Positions 58,923 through 64,000 of a stretch of 64,000 nt of DNA are shown here, piece after piece. Position 1 is the stretch's first letter. Every line of letters begins with the position of its first letter. This stretch comes from a virus, in the IMG/VR virus record IMGVR_UViG_3300042475_004151, one strand, 5' to 3'. Made by a program: the position numbers and the translations under genes. The notes below the pieces were generated by a model that made no database searches, was not told where the DNA came from, and was given only the letters and a program-made list of their open reading frames with translations.

Positions 58923-58954
58923 TTAAGCTAGTTTATATCGGGTATAAATATTAA

Positions 58955-58980
58955 AAGCGCCTATTTTTTAGGCGCTCTTA
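58955..58980 (-). terminator. Hairpin over the stop codon, possible terminator
   Basis: AGCGCCTA/TAGGCGCT stem with a following U-run on the minus strand. Confidence 0.5.
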
Positions 58981-59242
58981 CTTTTGTTGCAAAATCTGGT
59001 ATTGGTAATGGTTCTCGAGGTTTTTTACTTGGACCTAATGTTTCAGTTTTCTTAGCATTACCGTATTTTTTATCCATTTCTTCTTGTTGTTTTTCATTAG
59101 TTTCAATTAATTTTTGTAAATAAAATCTCCTATATCTTATAGGCATATTATATACTTCATCATGTATGAAACCACCATTACTGTGATAACAAAGTAGAAA
59201 TATTTCGTCTAGTATTATTTTCTTATACTCCGGAGTCAGGCC
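58961..59242 (-). CDS. gp51-like tail assembly chaperone extension, probably made by frameshifting
   Basis: The frame is open 32 codons upstream of MPIRY (GLTPEYKKIILDEIFLLCYHSNGGFIHDEVYNMPIRYRRFY) with no ATG, and overlaps the end of the upstream gene. Confidence 0.7.
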   Translation of the reverse strand, partial: GLTPEYKKIILDEIFLLCYHSNGGFIHDEVYNMPIRYRRFYLQKLIETNEKQQEEMDKKYGNAKKTETLGPSKKPREPLPIPDFATKVRAPKK

Positions 59243-59987
59243 AAAAAAAGTTAACTCCTATTGGTAAGTCAACGCCCTCCACTACGTCGCCATTAGATCT
59301 GGTTATATCAATTTTCATATTAACATCGGGCATTACTTTATTAATTTGTTCACGTAATGCTTTAACATCTCTAGCTAACATATTATCACAAAATTCTCTG
59401 ATGTTGGCTTGATCTCTATCTCCATTAACTGCTACAATAGTATGTTTTAAACGAGTTGTAACATCATATGCGCCTTGAGCGTTAATTTTTTCTAGTCCTT
59501 TAATTTCTTTTTCTATTTTATTTTCATCATTATGATTTAATAATTTAAAAGTAACTGTCACTTTTGAAAAAGGTAATTGTAGACTAAATTCATTTTTACC
59601 TGGAGTATATAATGATTCATCTAATAATTTAGCTTCAAGTAATGTTAGGTCAACTATTGTTTTTTCAGTTGTTCCTGTTTTTGGATCAGTGAATAAAATT
59701 TCATAATCTTTACCATAACCTAAAATACGAGCAGCTATTAATATAGCATTTTTATCTCCATTTAATAATTCTTTATAATCAATAGGTGTTACAATCATTG
59801 ATTGTAATAACTTATCAATTACAGTACCATTTTTAATAAAGTTAGCATTAGATAAAATATCTTCTTCTTTTGCTGTCATGTATTTCATCTCAATAACTCC
59901 TTTTGATAATGGTGATTCTGGAGGGTAGATTAAACCTTTAGAAGGTAAGTCAATTTGTTCTGTTGGATATTTGTAATTTTGTTCCAT
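59223..59987 (-). CDS. T4 gp26-like hub / tail assembly chaperone
   Basis: IDLPSKG..Y, MTAKEEDIL, GD.NAILIAARILGYG, terminal FFWP. Confidence 0.8.
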   Translation of the reverse strand: MEQNYKYPTEQIDLPSKGLIYPPESPLSKGVIEMKYMTAKEEDILSNANFIKNGTVIDKLLQSMIVTPIDYKELLNGDKNAILIAARILGYGKDYEILFTDPKTGTTEKTIVDLTLLEAKLLDESLYTPGKNEFSLQLPFSKVTVTFKLLNHNDENKIEKEIKGLEKINAQGAYDVTTRLKHTIVAVNGDRDQANIREFCDNMLARDVKALREQINKVMPDVNMKIDITRSNGDVVEGVDLPIGVNFFWPDSGV

Positions 59988-60026
59988 AACGTTGTATTTG
60001 TTTTATATATATAAATATATAAAGAT

Positions 60027-60056
60027 AAAAAAAGCCGTCCAAAAGGACGGCTCTTT
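60027..60056 (-). terminator. Rho-independent terminator after the tail tube gene
   Basis: AGCCGTCC/GGACGGCT stem plus U-tract on the minus strand. Confidence 0.8.
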
Positions 60057-60074
60057 AAAATATATTGAATATTT

Positions 60075-60560
60075 TTAGTAATTCAAAATACAATAATCCA
60101 TTGCTATTGTAGTATTGATAGTTACATAAGCTTCGTTAGCCCAATCATATTCACCAAAGTTAGCTTCTTTAACATAAGCTCCTTTAATAATCCACTCACC
60201 TACTACATCACCTACAGGACCTAAGATATCTAAGCGTATATCTTTTTTATAGAAATCACTATATCCATCTCTACCTGTTACTGATTCATGTGCTAAACGA
60301 GCCCATTCCATTACTGCTTGAGCACCACTTGGAGTTACAGGATCGTATAATTCTAAAGTCATGTCATTCCATCTAACTTTACCTTTTACTTTACGGTAAA
60401 CATTTATATGGTCTAATATAACCTCACCAGCGTTGAAAGAAGGTGAAGATGCTTTTTTGATTAAATATGAAGGGATACCATCGATGTACATCAAAAAGCG
60501 ATTTTGAACTTTAGGTTCAAACGCTGTGAACATGATTTCTGTTGGGTCTAATACTGCCAT
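60075..60560 (-). CDS. Tail tube protein (T4 gp19-like)
   Basis: FEPK..NRF, KGKVRW, VMEW, YKKDI.L..L.P.G.VV.EW...GA. Confidence 0.9.
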   Translation of the reverse strand: MAVLDPTEIMFTAFEPKVQNRFLMYIDGIPSYLIKKASSPSFNAGEVILDHINVYRKVKGKVRWNDMTLELYDPVTPSGAQAVMEWARLAHESVTGRDGYSDFYKKDIRLDILGPVGDVVGEWIIKGAYVKEANFGEYDWANEAYVTINTTIAMDYCILNY

Positions 60561-60598
60561 TGTCTATTGTTTAATATAAATATTAATAATTATTATTT

Positions 60599-60883
60599 CT
60601 ATGCAACTGGTTGTTCAGGTTGTTTTTTATCTTTATCGTCAAGATCTGATTGCATTTTATTTAGGTAGCTCATTACCATTTTATAGTTTTGATTACTATC
60701 AAGACCACTTAATTGACTACCTTTTTTGTTTTTTAACCATTTCATAAGTGCTTCAATTACACGAGAATAATCTTTAGCATTTGAAATAGCAGAAGCTAAT
60801 TTAGTTAAAGAAGAAGTAACGCCCGCAACCGCTGAATCAGCGGATGCGTCGTCTTCAAATTCTTTTAGTTTTATTTTACTCAT
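60599..60883 (-). CDS. Hypothetical protein
   Basis: Lies between the sheath and tube genes. Confidence 0.55.
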   Translation of the reverse strand: MSKIKLKEFEDDASADSAVAGVTSSLTKLASAISNAKDYSRVIEALMKWLKNKKGSQLSGLDSNQNYKMVMSYLNKMQSDLDDKDKKQPEQPVA

Positions 60884-60899
60884 TTATTTTTTTATTTTA

Positions 60900-62645
60900 T
60901 TATGAACCAAATTCTACACCAGTTGGTAAGATGTTGAAATCAAGTAAGATAAATTCTGCTGTACGAGTTGGTTGTAAGTAAATTTGACCTACTAATTGAT
61001 TTCTATCAATTACATCTGGAGTGTTATTTGTATCATCCATTACTACTTTGAACGCATATAAACCTTGACGTTGTTGTACACTTTCTAAGTATGGAGTTGC
61101 TTGAGATAAGAAACGATTACGAGTGATTGTTGTATTTTGTTCAAACACTAATGTTTTAGCAATATCACCTATGTAACGTTTAAGAGCAATTAATAATCTA
61201 CGAACGTTAATTCTATCTAAAGCACTTGATTTTTGTTGTAATGTTTTTTGACCAAAAGCTGTTACACCTACATTAGGGAAAGTAGCAATTGGATTAACTT
61301 TAGCAGCATATAAATTATCACGATTTGTTGGAGATAATTTTCTTTCTGCTTGAATAACACCACCTAATCCACCTCTGTTAAGACCTGCTGGAGCGAACCA
61401 TTCAGCACTTACACTATCATTGAAAGCATAAACACCAGCCATTACTGTTGAAGCAGGTACCCAAACTAACTTTCCAGTTTCTTGAGATACAACTTGAACC
61501 CAAGGCCAATAAGCACCTGCATAGTTAGTATCCATACCAGCAGCTACATTAACTGGGGTTCCAATAGATGAATTATAAACTGTTAAGTCAGTAATATAAA
61601 AGAAATCACCTCTGTTTTCAGCATTTTGAATAAAGCTTGATACAGCTGATGAGTGTTGATTTTGGATCAAACCTGGTGTTACTAATAATTCATAATCATA
61701 TTCATCTTTATTAGATAAAATATTACTTGCTGTTACATAATTACTAGCTACTAAACCTTGAGTTGAAGCACCAATATTACTAAATAAAGTATTACCAATA
61801 AGTGGAATATCGTTACCTACAGCGAAATTAAATGAACCACCATAAGAACCACTACCAGCAAATGGTAATGAAGCTGAATAACTAGTGCCTGTACCATCTA
61901 CAGCAACACCACCGGCGTTGTTAAAATAATTTGGAGTAGTTTTGTTAACTGATTTCACTCTTACATAGCGACTATTATTTGGATAGTCACCAGATATTTT
62001 AATATAATAACCACCCATATCAGCGTCATACTGAACTGTTTTGGATTGGTTACCTAATACTAGTTCAATGTAGTTTGGTTGATTTGGATCTAGAGAAACG
62101 TTTGTATATGTTTCTAAAATTACAGGAGTATTTGTGTTATCATCACCACGACGAACTAATAAAGTAAATGTACCACTACCTGAGTTTACATTTCTTACTT
62201 CCCATCTTACATTTTCTTGAGATCCACTTTCTAATGAACCGTTACTTAAAATAGAACCACTATTATCAGCCATATCGCCATAATTTAGTGTTTCTAAAGT
62301 GAATGAAGATACTGAATTACTACCTGATATCATTACACTAGCTGAAGCTGGTGTAAATGAGCTAGTCACTACTCTTGTTACTAATATACTAGTACCACCT
62401 TGTTGAAAATAGTTAAATGCTGCTATTGAAGTTAAAAATTCATAAGAAGCGCCACCACTGATAAATGAACCGCCGAAGCGATTTACATAATCACTATATG
62501 ATCTAACAACGGTAGGTATGTTAGGTTGTCCTTTAACAGTTGGGCCAACTAAAGCTAAACCAACTGAAGGAGGTAGCTGAGTTATTTGTGATAAGTCGTT
62601 CTCTCTTGTGAGAACACCTGGGGAAATTAATGTTTCTTGCGCCAT
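60900..62645 (-). CDS. Contractile tail sheath protein (T4 gp18-like)
   Basis: SPGV..RE.D, YWPWV, WFAPAG.NRG, GQKTL....SALDRINVRRL, FEQN, PTRTAEFI. Confidence 0.95.
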   Translation of the reverse strand: MAQETLISPGVLTRENDLSQITQLPPSVGLALVGPTVKGQPNIPTVVRSYSDYVNRFGGSFISGGASYEFLTSIAAFNYFQQGGTSILVTRVVTSSFTPASASVMISGSNSVSSFTLETLNYGDMADNSGSILSNGSLESGSQENVRWEVRNVNSGSGTFTLLVRRGDDNTNTPVILETYTNVSLDPNQPNYIELVLGNQSKTVQYDADMGGYYIKISGDYPNNSRYVRVKSVNKTTPNYFNNAGGVAVDGTGTSYSASLPFAGSGSYGGSFNFAVGNDIPLIGNTLFSNIGASTQGLVASNYVTASNILSNKDEYDYELLVTPGLIQNQHSSAVSSFIQNAENRGDFFYITDLTVYNSSIGTPVNVAAGMDTNYAGAYWPWVQVVSQETGKLVWVPASTVMAGVYAFNDSVSAEWFAPAGLNRGGLGGVIQAERKLSPTNRDNLYAAKVNPIATFPNVGVTAFGQKTLQQKSSALDRINVRRLLIALKRYIGDIAKTLVFEQNTTITRNRFLSQATPYLESVQQRQGLYAFKVVMDDTNNTPDVIDRNQLVGQIYLQPTRTAEFILLDFNILPTGVEFGS

Positions 62646-62695
62646 GTTTAAATTAGATTTTGTCTATTGATAAATATATAAGTTATATTATAAAA

Positions 62696-62730
62696 CGAAG
62701 AAACCCCGTCATTACTGACGAGGTTCTTCT
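62696..62730. terminator. Long hairpin, possible terminator
   Basis: GAAGAAaCcCCGTCA-TTAC-TGACGaGGTTCTTC imperfect stem. Confidence 0.55.
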
Positions 62731-62763
62731 ATATTAACTCCTAACACCTAACAATACATATTG

Positions 62764-62988
62764 TTAATTTATTTCTCCTGTATCAATATTAATTGTACCA
62801 GGACCATATTTTTCAGTTAATTTATTAGCTAATTTACCTTCTTTATCTGCTATGATTTTTTGGTAATCTAATAAACGAGCTTTTTGTAATTCTAATTCAC
62901 CTAATTCTAAAGCTAAATTATTATATTCTTGTTTAACTTCTTTAACAGATTGAAGTTCATCAGCTTCTAGTTTTTTAATTTCACTCAT
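62764..62988 (-). CDS. Small coiled-coil protein
   Basis: LGELELQK...L.EKYG.G.INIDTGE. Confidence 0.65.
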   Translation of the reverse strand: MSEIKKLEADELQSVKEVKQEYNNLALELGELELQKARLLDYQKIIADKEGKLANKLTEKYGPGTINIDTGEIN

Positions 62989-62991
62989 ATA

Positions 62992-63231
62992 TTATTTTGA
63001 TTTTTTTACTGCTTTTTTAGCTGGGGCTTTTGCAGCTGGTTTAGCTGTTGATTTAGCAATTGATTTTTTTACTTTTTTAATTTCTTCTTTAACTTCAGCT
63101 ACAACTGCTTCTACTTTAGTTTCAATCACATCAGGAATGTTGTTGTGGTTAGTGTCAGCAATTTTACCTTTTTTTGTAAGGAAAAAAATAAGAGCAGCGG
63201 CGAGTACTAATACAATAATAATGGTTAACAT
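62992..63231 (-). CDS. Small membrane-anchored protein with an Ala/Lys-rich tail
   Basis: TM helix, DTNHNNIPD, PAAKAPAKK. Confidence 0.65.
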   Translation of the reverse strand: MLTIIIVLVLAAALIFFLTKKGKIADTNHNNIPDVIETKVEAVVAEVKEEIKKVKKSIAKSTAKPAAKAPAKKAVKKSK

Positions 63232-63256
63232 ATTTTTATTTTTTGGTTTACATATA

Positions 63257-63288
63257 TAAATATATAATATTTTTAGAAAACAACCAAA
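63257..63288 (-). promoter_or_regulatory. Bacteroidota-type promoter TTTG-N20-TATATTTA
   Basis: 20-nt spacer. Confidence 0.55.
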
Positions 63289-63633
63289 TCTTTATTTTAA
63301 CAAACTACTTCTTGCGCTGTAAGTGCTCTATTAGTATTCGCTGTCACAACAAATGATCCTACACAAATTGAACTTGCTGATGCTGGACATGTTGTAGTTG
63401 TATTTGAGCCATGTAGATAAGAATTATTGGATGGTGGGGTACCAGTGTTTGCAGCTACTTGATAGTATATCGTTGTACCACTAGCTATACTAACAGGACC
63501 ATATTTAACTACACAACCTGTACCCATAGCAGAACCACGTCTAGTCCAGTTAACATTATCAGTTGAAGTCCATAATGCAACTGTGGTTGCAAAAGAAGTA
63601 GCTGTTTTAGCGTAAATATTAACTGTAAATGTT
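63282..63633. repeat. 352-nt dispersed direct repeat, copy 2
   Basis: See 46998..47349. Confidence 0.92.
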
Positions 63634-63998
63634 TGTACTGATGTACTAGGTGTTTTACTAGGTGTGTTAGTTGGAGTATTACTAAATGATGGACTAATAG
63701 ATTTACTTACTGTTATACTAGGTGTTTTACTAGGTGTGTTACTAATAGATTTACTAATTGATATACTAGGTGTGTTACTAATTGATTTACTAATTGAAAT
63801 ACTTGGTGTTACACTAGGTGTGTTACTAATAGATTTACTAATTGATATACTAGGTGTGTTACTAATTGATTTACTAATTGAAATACTTGGTGTTACACTA
63901 GGTGTGTTACTAATAGATTTACTAATTGATATACTAGGTGTGTTACTAATTGATTTACTAATTGAAATACTTGGTGTTACACTAGGTGTGTTACTAAT
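63297..63998 (-). CDS. C-terminal part of a second large Ser/Thr/Pro/Ile-repeat protein (start lies beyond the window)
   Basis: The frame is open from the right edge through the repeats into TFTVNIYAKTATSFATTVALWTSTDNVNWTRRGSAMGTGC...AQEVVC. The 76-aa ORF in the track is only its tail. Confidence 0.85.
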   Translation of the reverse strand: MSNTPSVTPSISISKSISNTPSISISKSISNTPSVTPSISISKSISNTPSISISKSISNTPSVTPSISISKSISNTPSISISKSISNTPSKTPSITVSKSISPSFSNTPTNTPSKTPSTSVQTFTVNIYAKTATSFATTVALWTSTDNVNWTRRGSAMGTGCVVKYGPVSIASGTTIYYQVAANTGTPPSNNSYLHGSNTTTTCPASASSICVGSFVVTANTNRALTAQEVVC

Positions 63999-64000
63999 AG
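63733..64000. repeat. Perfect 84-nt coding tandem repeat (3+ copies)
   Basis: Identical units start at 63733, 63817, 63901 and 63985; each encodes SVTPSISISKSISNTPSISISKSISNTP. Confidence 0.95.

Noticed and set aside
46998-63633. Diversity-generating retroelement TR/VR pair
   Set aside because: Differences are not confined to adenines and include codon indels, both copies are coding termini, and no reverse transcriptase is present in the window.
63733-64000. CRISPR array
   Set aside because: Units are contiguous with no unique spacers, are a multiple of 3 in length and lie in an open reading frame.

Overview
A 64 kb segment of a large, AT-rich, contractile-tailed (myovirus-type) phage genome. 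Every credible gene is on the minus strand and reads in the standard bacterial code. Seven TTTG-N20-TATATTT(A/G) promoters point to a Bacteroidota host. Replication genes are T4-like (clamp loader, clamp, PolB, helicase, FEN/RNase H, RecA/UvsX, SSB), with an extra compact PolA. Nucleotide-supply genes are ThyA, class II RNR and a dUTPase/dCTP-deaminase-fold protein. GroEL, GroES and Hsp20 are present. An RNA island missed by the ORF track holds a tmRNA with an unusually long tag, tRNA-Leu(TAA), a tRNA-like RNA with a ~75-nt variable arm, and other structured RNA candidates. There is a 7-deazaguanine cluster (folE, queD, queE, queC, a TGT/DpdA-fold protein) with an embedded purine phosphoribosyltransferase, and a tail/baseplate module with a probable programmed frameshift. 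The strongest candidate for an undescribed system is a phage-encoded protein O-glycosylation pathway: two GT60-like GlcNAc transferases, several other glycosyltransferases, a TylF/NovP-type O-methyltransferase and a NodU/NovN-type carbamoyltransferase sit directly next to genes for Ser/Thr/Pro-repeat (mucin/SRRP-like) proteins, some of which lie in the virion module. All family assignments come from motif recognition by eye; no searches were run.
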